Source of the DNA: Polyangiaceae bacterium
GTDB lineage: Bacteria > Myxococcota_A > Polyangia > Polyangiales > Polyangiaceae
Assembly (NCBI GenBank): GCA_965222375.1
Contig: CBDCTZ010000014.1
Span: forward strand, 1,088,001-1,152,000
Length of the DNA stretch: 64,000 bases
Reading direction: 5' to 3'
The notes beneath the pieces are model-generated. The model was not told the origin of the DNA, did not search any database, and worked only from the letters and a program-made list of their open reading frames with translations. Below are positions 46,708 to 55,935 of the stretch, piece by piece (within the stretch, counting starts at the first letter, position 1; the number at the start of each line of letters is the position of its first letter). A program made the translations under genes and the position numbers.

Positions 46708-47985
46708 ATGCTCCGAAACGCCCCGGTACCAGCGGCCCTTGCCATCATCGGACTGCTGCTGCCCGGGGCGTGTGACAAGAAGAAGACTCCTCCGGGTTCC
46801 GGGACCAGCCAGTCGGCAGTCCCGGGGCCCGCTCCCGTTGCTTCCAGCGCTGCGCCGGCACCCAAACCCGCGCTGCTCGGAAATGCCGAACGAGGCAAGG
46901 AGTTGATGAAGACCTACGAGTGCAACCGCTGCCACGCCGGCACGGGCCTCGAGGCAGCCGATTTCCACAAGGATTGCTTCCAGTGTCATCGGGACATCAT
47001 GGACGGCAAGTTCAAAGTCAGGGACTTGGCGAAGGTGGCCAAGTGGAAGAAGAACGTGGTCATGGTTCAGCACGTGCCGTCTTTGGAGGGCGCGGGCAAA
47101 CGCTTGCGTCGCCAGTGGCTCACGGCGTTCCTCCAGGAGCCTCGGGACCTGAGACCGAATCTCGTCCCCACCATGCCGCGGCTGGCTCTGACACCCCAGC
47201 AGGCCGCCGACCTCGCGGCCCATCTCACGGCTGGGCAGCCCAAAGCCAAACCGGCAAGCTGGAAGGCCAACGCCGACAACGGTCGCACGCTGATGGAAAA
47301 CCGCGCTTGCGGCACATGCCACGCGTTTACGGGCGCCGACCTGCCCGTGACGCCGACGCTCAAGCCCGGCGAGTCCAACCCGGCTATCGAGCTGGCCCCG
47401 GACCTGCGCTACACCCGAGATCGCCTGTCCCCGGAAGACTTGGTGAAGTGGCTACGCCAACCCGAGAAGATGAAGGCCGGCACGCTGATGCCGAATCTGG
47501 GGCTTTCGCAGAGCCAAGCCCAGGACATCGCCGAGCACATCCTGAAGGCGGAGCTCAAACCCTTGCCGCTGCTCAAAGCCCCCAAGCGCCTGCCCAAACT
47601 CGACCGCAAGATCTCCTTCGCGGAAGTTCAGGAGAAGGTGCTCAATCGCACCTGCGCCCACTGCCACGGCAATCCGGACATCGCTCGGGGAGACGGCGGG
47701 CCGGGCAATACGGGGGGCTTCGGATACAAGCCCCGCAAGCTGGACCTCAGCAAGTACTCGGGCATCGCCAGCGGCTACGTGGACGACAAGGGAGAGCGTC
47801 ACAGTGTCTTTTCGCCCTTCAAGGGTGGCGGCCCGCGAATCGTTGCGTCGCTGTGGGCGCGCCACGACGAGCAAGCCGGCAAGTTCAATCCAGAGCTGCG
47901 CGGGATGCCCTTGGGCATGCCAGCGCTGCCCGCCGAGGACATTCAAGTGCTCGAGAGCTGGATCGCCCAGGGTCGCCCGCGCTGA
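46708..47985 (+). CDS. Tetraheme c-type cytochrome lipoprotein
   Basis: CNRCH, CFQCH, CGTCH, CAHCH; distal MP motifs; lipobox PGAC. Confidence 0.9.
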   Translation: MLRNAPVPAALAIIGLLLPGACDKKKTPPGSGTSQSAVPGPAPVASSAAPAPKPALLGNAERGKELMKTYECNRCHAGTGLEAADFHKDCFQCHRDIMDGKFKVRDLAKVAKWKKNVVMVQHVPSLEGAGKRLRRQWLTAFLQEPRDLRPNLVPTMPRLALTPQQAADLAAHLTAGQPKAKPASWKANADNGRTLMENRACGTCHAFTGADLPVTPTLKPGESNPAIELAPDLRYTRDRLSPEDLVKWLRQPEKMKAGTLMPNLGLSQSQAQDIAEHILKAELKPLPLLKAPKRLPKLDRKISFAEVQEKVLNRTCAHCHGNPDIARGDGGPGNTGGFGYKPRKLDLSKYSGIASGYVDDKGERHSVFSPFKGGGPRIVASLWARHDEQAGKFNPELRGMPLGMPALPAEDIQVLESWIAQGRPR

Positions 47986-48007
47986 GCCCGTACGCGCCCT
48001 CAGCCGG

Positions 48008-49846
48008 TCAAGGGTCGTCTTCGACCAACTCGTGCAACTTGGCTCGGTAGTCCACGTCCGGATCGTAGTCCGGCTCCCACACTGCGGCGATCCGCTCCCG
48101 CACCAGATCCCCGTAGAGCAAGGATCGGTAGATGAGCCAGTCTGCGTGGGAGGCGAGGTCGCTGACCACCCGGCCCTCTGAGACTGCGACCACGCCGAGT
48201 TCTTCCAGCTGCCGCCAGCCCTCACCGCCGGCTTCCGAGGGAGTTGTCCCGAACAGCTCCCGGAATTCCGCAAGCTCGAAGCCGCTGCGGAGGTTGTGAA
48301 CCAGGTAGCGGCTGCGCTCCTCGGCTTCGTCTACCCGCACCGCCGAGAACTTCCTGCTGCCCCGGCGCTCGGCTTCTAGCGTGATGGGCATGTTCTTCGC
48401 GCTACCAGCCAGATAGTAGTGGTTGGCGTAGGTGTGGGAGCGCGCCGCCGAACCCAGGCCCAAGAGCGATGAGTTTTGACGGCGCAGGTCGTATTCCTGA
48501 ACGTTCACCGCGTTGGCGGTCCGCCGCTTGAGTTGTTGGTGCCCGTCGAGGCTCTCGCCATGGTCGCGCAAGCGTTCTGTCCCCCAGCTGAGAATGTCGT
48601 TGCGAACCCGAGCCTGCTGTGGGGACATCTGCGCTCCGCGCTCCGCGAAATTGGTCCAGGGCACTGGGCGGAACGCGTTGATGTGAATGGAGTCCGGCTC
48701 CATGGGCAAGATGCGCTCGAAGTCGCGCTGGAAGCCCTCGAGGGTCTGACCGTCGAGGCCCGCCATGAGGTCGACATTGATGTGATCGATGCCGTGCTTT
48801 TGGGCGGCTTCGATGGCCGCGGCGACGTCTTCTATCGTGTTGTGGCGATTGGCTCGCCGCTGCGCTTCTTCCTCGAGGGATTGGACGCCAATGGTGAGGC
48901 GAGTGGCCCGAGCAACTCGCGCCAAGACTTCAATCTTGGCGGCATTGAGCGTGTCGGGGTTGCCTTCGACAATCACCTGAGTGCCCGAGGGCACGTTGAA
49001 GCTGGAGTAGAGCGTCTCGAACAGGGTCTCCAGCATCTCGACCTTGAGCACCGAAGGCGTGCCCCCGCCCACGTAGATGCTCGTGATGGGAGTCGCGTCG
49101 AATAGCTTGCCGAAGCGTCGCATGTCGGCAGCCACTTGCTCGACGTAAGAAGCGATGAGCCCTTTGGAGCGGTACTCGGTTTTCGCGCAGAAGCAGAAGG
49201 TGCACTCGGTCACGCAGAACGGGATGTGAATGTAGATGCCCAACTTGCTCGGCGCGCGCCCGGTTCGGATCCGCGCCAGGGTGTCGCGCCAACCGTCGTC
49301 GATGGCCTCCTCGGTGATCGGCTCACCCAGGTCCGCTACGTGGGGATAGAGGTCTTCCCCCATCAAGGCTTTCCAACCCACGAAGGCCGCCCGATGCAGA
49401 GCTGAAGCGTAGTGCTCGTGTGCGCGCTGGGCGGATGGCGCGTGCCTGCCCAACCAGCCGGCAACGATGCGCGGCCGAGCTCGCGATGAAGTTGTCCGCC
49501 ATTGTGCGGGAATAGCGAGATTGCCGGGGTCTGCCCGGGAAATCACTTCCCGCAGCAGGCTCAGAAACTGTCTTACCTGTCGGGGCTGCTCTTGGTCGCC
49601 GAAGCTGACGGCGTAGTTGAGGGAAAGCGCCGATGTGTGCAGCCATGCAGCTTGGTCGTCCCGGGGGCGAGCCTCGACGTCGACGCTGCCGCCGCCGATT
49701 TCGAATTGGAGCCTCAGCGCTCCTGGAACCTCGGCGATCGCCACGTCCGTCGCGACCTCGGCGCGCCGGCGAGCAACCGTTCGGCAGACCCGTGCCAACC
49801 AACTGCGAGCGTCCCTAGCGCCGGAGCTCTGCTTCGCCATGTTCAT
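48008..49846 (-). CDS. HemN-like radical SAM enzyme with long N-terminal extension
   Basis: IYIHIPFCVTECTFCFC, YVGGGTPS, RLTIGVQS, INVDLMAGL. Confidence 0.85.
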   Translation of the reverse strand: MNMAKQSSGARDARSWLARVCRTVARRRAEVATDVAIAEVPGALRLQFEIGGGSVDVEARPRDDQAAWLHTSALSLNYAVSFGDQEQPRQVRQFLSLLREVISRADPGNLAIPAQWRTTSSRARPRIVAGWLGRHAPSAQRAHEHYASALHRAAFVGWKALMGEDLYPHVADLGEPITEEAIDDGWRDTLARIRTGRAPSKLGIYIHIPFCVTECTFCFCAKTEYRSKGLIASYVEQVAADMRRFGKLFDATPITSIYVGGGTPSVLKVEMLETLFETLYSSFNVPSGTQVIVEGNPDTLNAAKIEVLARVARATRLTIGVQSLEEEAQRRANRHNTIEDVAAAIEAAQKHGIDHINVDLMAGLDGQTLEGFQRDFERILPMEPDSIHINAFRPVPWTNFAERGAQMSPQQARVRNDILSWGTERLRDHGESLDGHQQLKRRTANAVNVQEYDLRRQNSSLLGLGSAARSHTYANHYYLAGSAKNMPITLEAERRGSRKFSAVRVDEAEERSRYLVHNLRSGFELAEFRELFGTTPSEAGGEGWRQLEELGVVAVSEGRVVSDLASHADWLIYRSLLYGDLVRERIAAVWEPDYDPDVDYRAKLHELVEDDP

Positions 49847-49898
49847 GCTACTAGCCGTGGCGCCACCACCCTCAGTGTAGATGGCGCGGGTCGTCTCA

Positions 49899-50879
49899 TC
49901 AACCTGGTGGCGCGGGCGAGGCGGCGCCGCTGTCTTGCGCGTCCGCGCAACAACGGAAGCCGGCCTCGTAGCCGAAGTCGTACTCCTTGTGAAACTTCAC
50001 TGTGGGCCGGCAGCGGTTTCGAACTGGGCCCCACCAGCCCCCTTTGAGCCCGCTCCGGTTGGGGTGCTTCTTGCCGGGTAGCTCGACCCATTCGTTGACG
50101 TTGCCGTTCATGTCGACAACGCCTGCCCAGGACACGCAGCTGTGGGTGGCGCCGATCTTGTGTCGTTGATCGAGGCGCTTCATTTCGGCGTTGCAGAAGG
50201 CGTCATCGGGGCACTTCGTGTAGGTCTTCATTGCTCGGGACTGGTCCGGCTGCCGGTAGGGCTTGTCGATGTTGCACTTGGTCGGGTCGCGGTCGTATCC
50301 GTACACGTAGGGCAGCATTTCCGGGCCTTCACAGGCGAAGTTGAATTCGTCTTCGGTACACAGGCGCTTGCCTAGCTTCTCGCATTTGTCCCGGGCTTGG
50401 ATCCAGGAGGTCAATACCCAGGGCAGCTCGCCACGCTTGTTGGGGTACTCGTAGCGGTCGATGCAAAACGACATCGGCGTTTTCTCTTTCGAGATGCACT
50501 TGGTCGGCCGGTACTTGTTGCAACGCTCGCTGACCGTTGGGTCCTTGTCCTTGCGCGCCAAATACTCGGGGTGGTGCTCTTCGCACTTCTGGATCGCGCC
50601 TTTGCAGTACTCCCCCTCGACGCGCACCATGCCGTCTGGGCAGCCATCGGTGCGCGCCTTTGGCGTATCGTCGCTGGTCCGAACGTCTAGCCCCGCATCT
50701 GCGGCCTTGGGGGTTGGCGAGGCGGACGCTGACGGCGCCGCGCTGGCCGTGCTGGCCGGGGCGGATGGCTTGGGTGACGGGTTCGCGCCGCTCTTCTTGT
50801 CGCAAGATAGGGCGCCGGAAATGAATAGCGCGCACGCCGCACCCGACAAGACCCACGGCTGAACGCGTCGACGACTCAT
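49899..50879 (-). CDS. FGE-sulfatase domain lipoprotein (second paralog)
   Basis: Lipobox ALSC; FCIDRYEYPN, GKRLCTEDEFNFACEG, DMNGNVNEW, GFRCC. Confidence 0.85.
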   Translation of the reverse strand: MSRRRVQPWVLSGAACALFISGALSCDKKSGANPSPKPSAPASTASAAPSASASPTPKAADAGLDVRTSDDTPKARTDGCPDGMVRVEGEYCKGAIQKCEEHHPEYLARKDKDPTVSERCNKYRPTKCISKEKTPMSFCIDRYEYPNKRGELPWVLTSWIQARDKCEKLGKRLCTEDEFNFACEGPEMLPYVYGYDRDPTKCNIDKPYRQPDQSRAMKTYTKCPDDAFCNAEMKRLDQRHKIGATHSCVSWAGVVDMNGNVNEWVELPGKKHPNRSGLKGGWWGPVRNRCRPTVKFHKEYDFGYEAGFRCCADAQDSGAASPAPPG

Positions 50880-51004
50880 CCCGTCGTCGCAGATAACACC
50901 TACGCGGCCCCCCCTCCAAGGGTCTCGCGCGCCGTGGGTGCCACAAACGCAGCGAGGGCAGCACCTCTGAGCGCTGCCCTCGCATTTTTCCGGGGTTTTG
51001 AAAC

Positions 51005-51763
51005 TCAGCCGCTGGCGTCTTCGAACAGCGCCACGTGCGCGCCGACGTTGTCTTCGATGACGGCGAACTTGCCGATGTTCGGTACCGGGATCTCCTCCAT
51101 CAGGATCTTGCCCTTCTGCTCGGTCACGATCTTCCGCGCCGCGGCGAGGTCTTTGACCATGATGTGGGGGATCCAGTGTGGGGGCGTCCCCGGGGGAGCT
51201 TCGCCCACGCCGCCGCCGTACTTGTCTGCGCCGCGCTTGAACACCTTCATGCCGGGGCCGAACTCGTCGGGCTTCCATGCGAACACCTTCTCGTAGAACG
51301 TGACCGCCGCGTCGATGTCGCTGGTATTCAGATGATTCCAGCACATGGTCCCCATCAGAGGCTTCTCGGGCTCGGCTTGATCGCCGTCAACTGCCTTCCA
51401 GGCCGCAACGACTGCGCCCTGGGGATCTTGCAGCACCGCGAAACGTCCCATGTTGGGGATGTCGCTCGGCTCCTTCAGCACGGTGCCGCCGCCGCTCTTC
51501 ACCGCCGCGGCTGCTTCGTCAACGTCAGGAACGGACACGTACCCCAACCAGTGTGGGGGAACGCCCTCCATGGGGATCGTGGACAAGTCCATGATCCCGC
51601 CGACCATGGTCTCGCCGGCGAGGAACATGGTGTAGTCCATGCCGGGCATTTCCATGGTCTTGGTCGTCCAGCCCGTGACCGCGGTGTAGAATTTCTTGGT
51701 TGCTTCGGTGTCGCTGCTGAAGATCTCGTGCCAGACGAAGCGCCCGGGGGTGTAGTCAGTCAT
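51005..51763 (-). CDS. VOC/glyoxalase family protein (two domains)
   Basis: 'PGRFVWHE...FY...WLGYVSV...GRFAVLQDPQGA' repeated twice. Confidence 0.9.
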   Translation of the reverse strand: MTDYTPGRFVWHEIFSSDTEATKKFYTAVTGWTTKTMEMPGMDYTMFLAGETMVGGIMDLSTIPMEGVPPHWLGYVSVPDVDEAAAAVKSGGGTVLKEPSDIPNMGRFAVLQDPQGAVVAAWKAVDGDQAEPEKPLMGTMCWNHLNTSDIDAAVTFYEKVFAWKPDEFGPGMKVFKRGADKYGGGVGEAPPGTPPHWIPHIMVKDLAAARKIVTEQKGKILMEEIPVPNIGKFAVIEDNVGAHVALFEDASG

Positions 51764-51987
51764 CATTGCTCTCCTTCCCTCTTGGGGACGGATCGCGTCT
51801 CAAGGCGCGACTATCTCGTCAAGGCTAGGCTGGGGCCCCGCGAAAGGCGGCCATTTTACGAGTCTTTTGCTTCCGGATTCGGTCGGGGCGCCGCCACCGT
51901 ATCCGTAGCGGCTCGATTTTCGGGCTTCGATCCGCAGGAGTGCCCGCCTACGCTCCCGTGGCTGTCCAATCTCGCGTCGGAGGAGTC

Positions 51988-53730
51988 ATGGTCGATATTG
52001 ATAAGAGCTTCATGCGGTCCCTATGCATGGGCGTGATCGAAGAGCAGATCATCGTGCCCTTTCCCAGGGTGCAAGATGAGCAACGCGAAACCCTTCACGG
52101 TGTCATCGACTCCCTCAAGCAACTCCTGGGGCCCCGAGAGGAGGATTTTCGAAAGTGGGATCGGGCCGGAGAATTCCCGCCCGAGTTCATCGAAGAGCTG
52201 AAGCAGTTTGGCCTGTTCGGACTGATCATCCCCGAGGAGTACGGCGGCATGGCGTTCAAGAGCACTGCCTACTCGCGAACGCTGCAGGAGATAGCCAAAT
52301 ACGATGCATCCGTGGCGGTGACCGTCGGCGCGCACAGCTCGATCGGTATGCGCGGGCTGGTGCTGTTCGGAAACGACGAGCAGAAGAAGAAGTACCTGCC
52401 GAAGCTCGCGACGGGCGAGATGATCGCGGCCTTCTGTCTCACCGAACCGGGTGCTGGCTCTGACGCTGCGGCGATCAAGACCAAGGCCGAGCAAAAGGGC
52501 GACCACTGGGTTCTCAACGGCAGCAAGCTCTGGATCACGAATGGCGGAATTGGCAGTTTCTTCACGGTATTCGCCAGGACCGGGGAGGAAGCCGGCAAAT
52601 CGCATATGTCGGCCTTCATCGTGACCAGTGACATGGAGGGCGTGTCCATGGGGCCCCACGAAGACAAGATGGGGCTGCGCGCAAGCTCCACCACGACGGT
52701 CAACTTCGACAACGTTCGCGTGCCCAAGGAAAACCTGCTTGGCCCCCAAAACAAGGGTTTCAAGGTGGCGATGCAAATTCTCAACAGCGGCCGCACCGGC
52801 CTCGGTGGCGGGTCCATCGGCGCCATGAAGCGACTGATCGAGATGAGCACCCGCTACGCCAACGAACGCGAGACCTTCGGTAAGCCGATCCGTGAGTATG
52901 GCTCGATCAAGCTCAAGGTCGGCCAGATGGTCATCGACTGCTACGCGACCGAAGCCGTGGTGGACACCGTCGCCATGCTCATCGACCAAGGCTACAAGGA
53001 GTACTCCGTCGAGGCGGCGATCAGCAAAGTCTTTGCGAGCGAGGCGCTCTGGACCGCATCCGACCAGGCACTGCAGATCGCCGGCGGAAACGGGTACATG
53101 TGCGAGTTCCCCTACGAGCGCATCATGCGGGATGCGCGCATCAATCGGATCTTCGAGGGTACCAACGAGATCTTGCGGCTCTTCATCGCACTGACTGCCA
53201 TGAACGACGTGGGTAGCCAGCTCAAGGAGCTAGCGAGCACCGTGCGGGGCATATTCGATGAACCCATCAAGGGGTTCGGTGTGCTGAGCCAATACGCCAT
53301 CAAGCATGCTCGTCTCGCCACGGGCTATCCGCGAGCCAAGAGCCGCTTTTCGCTGATTGACCCGGCCTTGCGCGACCCGGCTGCGGTGTTCGAAGATTCG
53401 ACTCGACATTTGGCCGCTGCGGTGGACCGCATCCTGCGCAAACACGGCAAGAACATCATCGGCAAGCAGTTGGCGTCGCGTCGCCTGGCCAACATCATGA
53501 TCGATCTCTTCGTCTTGGCCTGCGTCATCAGCCGCGTGAATTCAGCTCTTGCGGAGCACGGCATGGAGGGCGCTTCCAAGGAAATCGACATCTTGAAGAC
53601 CTTTGCCAACCAGGTGCAGAGGCGGGTGCGTCACAACTTCAGCCTGATCGACATCAACGACGACGAGCTGCTCAAAGGCATCGCGATGCACGCCTTCGAG
53701 CACGAAAAGTTCGTGTGGGATAACATCTGA
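51988..53730 (+). CDS. Acyl-CoA dehydrogenase (VLCAD/ACAD9-like)
   Basis: FCLTEPGAGSD, GSKLWITNG, KMGLRAS, IFEGTNEILR; C-terminal extension; GGAGG RBS. Confidence 0.92.
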   Translation: MVDIDKSFMRSLCMGVIEEQIIVPFPRVQDEQRETLHGVIDSLKQLLGPREEDFRKWDRAGEFPPEFIEELKQFGLFGLIIPEEYGGMAFKSTAYSRTLQEIAKYDASVAVTVGAHSSIGMRGLVLFGNDEQKKKYLPKLATGEMIAAFCLTEPGAGSDAAAIKTKAEQKGDHWVLNGSKLWITNGGIGSFFTVFARTGEEAGKSHMSAFIVTSDMEGVSMGPHEDKMGLRASSTTTVNFDNVRVPKENLLGPQNKGFKVAMQILNSGRTGLGGGSIGAMKRLIEMSTRYANERETFGKPIREYGSIKLKVGQMVIDCYATEAVVDTVAMLIDQGYKEYSVEAAISKVFASEALWTASDQALQIAGGNGYMCEFPYERIMRDARINRIFEGTNEILRLFIALTAMNDVGSQLKELASTVRGIFDEPIKGFGVLSQYAIKHARLATGYPRAKSRFSLIDPALRDPAAVFEDSTRHLAAAVDRILRKHGKNIIGKQLASRRLANIMIDLFVLACVISRVNSALAEHGMEGASKEIDILKTFANQVQRRVRHNFSLIDINDDELLKGIAMHAFEHEKFVWDNI

Positions 53731-53799
53731 ACTGTGTCGCTACGAGCCGCGGGATGGCCGGGTCGCCGCGCCGCGGCTTCGTGATAAACTCATCGTGGG

Positions 53800-54795
53800 A
53801 TGGGAAAATCGCTCACTGGGGTTGTTGTGCTGTCCGTAGTTGTCGCTCTGGCCGGGCCGGTGGCCTGTGGTGGCAGTTCGGATTCCGAATCCAGTAGCGG
53901 CGGGAGCAGCGGCGCTGCAGGCAGTAGCGGGAGTGCCGGGGCTGCCGGTAGCGCAGGGCAGGGTGGCGCGGCGGGCCAGGCTGGTAGTGCTGGTCAAGGC
54001 GGGGCGAGTGCTGGTGCAGGTGGCAACGCCGGTGCCGGTGGAAGCGGCGGCACGAGCTACACCCTCGACAACGTCTGCGCGTTGTACGCGCCGAAGCTCT
54101 GTGTCGCGGTAAAGCCATGTTGTGAAGGTAGTGGGTTCGGTTACGATGCGGCCAAGTGCGAAGCGGCGACCCTATCGGATTGCAACAACCAGGTTGCCGA
54201 GGTGAAGGCTGGGAATCTGACCTTTCATCCAGAGAACATCGACACTTGCTTGGCGAAGCTGGCGCCGCTGTACCAGAAGTGCCAGCTCTCCATCGGAGAC
54301 ATCATTGCCGCCCAGCCTGACTTGGCCTTGTGCAACATGTTCGAGGGAAAGGTGCCCCAAGGTGGGCCATGCACCCGCAGTAGTGACTGCGCCACGCCAA
54401 CCCAGCCGAACACCTACAAGAGCTGCAACGAGAGCTCCAAGACATGCCAGCACGTTGTGTTGAAGAAGAACTCGGAGCCCTGCGAACTCGGCGCGGGCGC
54501 GTCGGGCTTCTGCGAGTCCGGCCTGTACTGTGACGTCGCCTTGGTGGGGCCGCCCCCGTACCCGGGCCAGTGTAAGCCGGCCACGCCTTCGGGCTCCGCC
54601 TGCAACACCCAGAAGGCCATTTCGGTCGAGTGCGGCCTTGGGTTTTACTGCAATAAGGCCAGCGGCAACTGTACGACCGCCAAGGTTGGCGGCGCCGGCT
54701 GCACGCTGGACCTCGAGTGTCGCAGTTTCAAGTGTCAGGGCGGCAAGTGCTTGTCGGCGTCCCCCATCGTCGGCCAGCTGCAGTGCACGGGCTAA
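53800..54795 (+). CDS. Cys-rich lipoprotein with Gly/Ala/Ser tether
   Basis: Lipobox PVAC; repeated 'G..C....C..GLYC' modules. Confidence 0.8.
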   Translation: MGKSLTGVVVLSVVVALAGPVACGGSSDSESSSGGSSGAAGSSGSAGAAGSAGQGGAAGQAGSAGQGGASAGAGGNAGAGGSGGTSYTLDNVCALYAPKLCVAVKPCCEGSGFGYDAAKCEAATLSDCNNQVAEVKAGNLTFHPENIDTCLAKLAPLYQKCQLSIGDIIAAQPDLALCNMFEGKVPQGGPCTRSSDCATPTQPNTYKSCNESSKTCQHVVLKKNSEPCELGAGASGFCESGLYCDVALVGPPPYPGQCKPATPSGSACNTQKAISVECGLGFYCNKASGNCTTAKVGGAGCTLDLECRSFKCQGGKCLSASPIVGQLQCTG

Positions 54796-54932
54796 AACGC
54801 ACCTTCGAGCTCGTCGATGCCCCTAAAGCAAAGGCCTTTTTGGCCGATCCTCCCAGAAAGGCTCTGGTTTTGGGCGGCACCCCGGGAAAATATCGCGTAG
54901 GCTAGGGGCGCTCAAAGTTCGAGGGTAAGACC

Positions 54933-55412
54933 ATGGCAGCAAACGATCCCAGAAAAGCTCAGGACGTGCCCGAAGGCATTCCGATGTCGAAGACCAACCC
55001 CATGCTGATCATCGGGATCGCGGGGGCGGTTGTCCTGATTCTCGGTGTGATTGGCTTCAAGGCACTCAGCAGCAGCAAGGACAAGAAGGTCAACCAAGAA
55101 GCGGCAGCGGCCGCCGCCGCGGCGGGGCAGCCCGATGACGGAATGACCGCTGCGGAGCGCAAGAAGCACCTGGAGATCACCCGCAAGAGCCTGGCCAAGT
55201 GGTCCAAGGACGAAGCGGGTCGAGAAGCTCAGAAAAAAGCCGCGGCAGAGGAAGCCAAGCGAAAGGCCGAGGAAGAGGAACGGGCCAAGACTGCCAAGGC
55301 CGCCCCCAAGGGCGGTGGCGGTGGAGCGCGCAAGCCGTCCGCGAAAGCCACGAAGGCCCAATCCTCCGCTCTGGATGACATCGCCGGCGACATCACTGGC
55401 AAGCTGAAGTAG
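54933..55412 (+). CDS. Single-TM, Lys/Ala-rich hypothetical protein
   Basis: TM LIIGIAGAVVLILGVIGF followed by charged coiled coil. Confidence 0.75.
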   Translation: MAANDPRKAQDVPEGIPMSKTNPMLIIGIAGAVVLILGVIGFKALSSSKDKKVNQEAAAAAAAAGQPDDGMTAAERKKHLEITRKSLAKWSKDEAGREAQKKAAAEEAKRKAEEEERAKTAKAAPKGGGGGARKPSAKATKAQSSALDDIAGDITGKLK

Positions 55413-55522
55413 TCGCGAGCCTGCTGGGGGTGAGGGCAGCAGGCATCAAGTTGTGGTCTGGAGACATCGCCGGGCTGCGCCCGCCTCGGCGCAAAGGCCG
55501 GATTTTGGGGCAGATTTGGGAC

Positions 55523-55538
55523 TGGTATGGCGTGTGCT
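55523..55538 (+). promoter_or_regulatory. Possible sigma54 promoter
   Basis: TGGTATGGCGTGTGCT (GG-N10-GC) upstream of 55555. Confidence 0.4.
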
Positions 55539-55554
55539 CTAGCTATGGCCAGCT

Positions 55555-55851
55555 ATGCGTCTCCTGTGCCTCCTTGCAGCCATCGCAACACTGACTTTCG
55601 CAGGAAACGCCCAAGCTGACGCACGCCCGAAGATGCAGACTGGGGCCGTAACTCAGCTACTGCTTCTCGACGGCTATCGAGCCCCCAAGGCGCCAGCTGG
55701 TACCTCGGCGGTTCGGCGGGGCTCGGCGAAGGGCATCGAGCCCGGGGCCAAGGAGGAGACCCTGGCTGAGGCAGTTCAGCGCATGTGGTCTCAGGTGCGA
55801 GCGTATCGCAGGCCCGGCGGTGCGGAAGTCTACGTCCGCGGGATCTTCTAG
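55555..55851 (+). CDS. Small secreted hypothetical protein
   Basis: Signal peptide ending AQA; C-terminal VYVRGIF. Confidence 0.6.
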   Translation: MRLLCLLAAIATLTFAGNAQADARPKMQTGAVTQLLLLDGYRAPKAPAGTSAVRRGSAKGIEPGAKEETLAEAVQRMWSQVRAYRRPGGAEVYVRGIF

Positions 55852-55935
55852 CGACGTTGGCCGCGCAACGCGGCCAGAAGTTCCTTATGATGCCGGGTAG
55901 TGCGCGCTTCTTCGCGGCCCCCGCCGGCTCTGGAT

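Noticed and set aside
55419..55444. Hairpins after stop codons (also 32367-32394 and 53742-53782) as intrinsic terminators
   Set aside because: GC stems lack U-tracts; too weak to call
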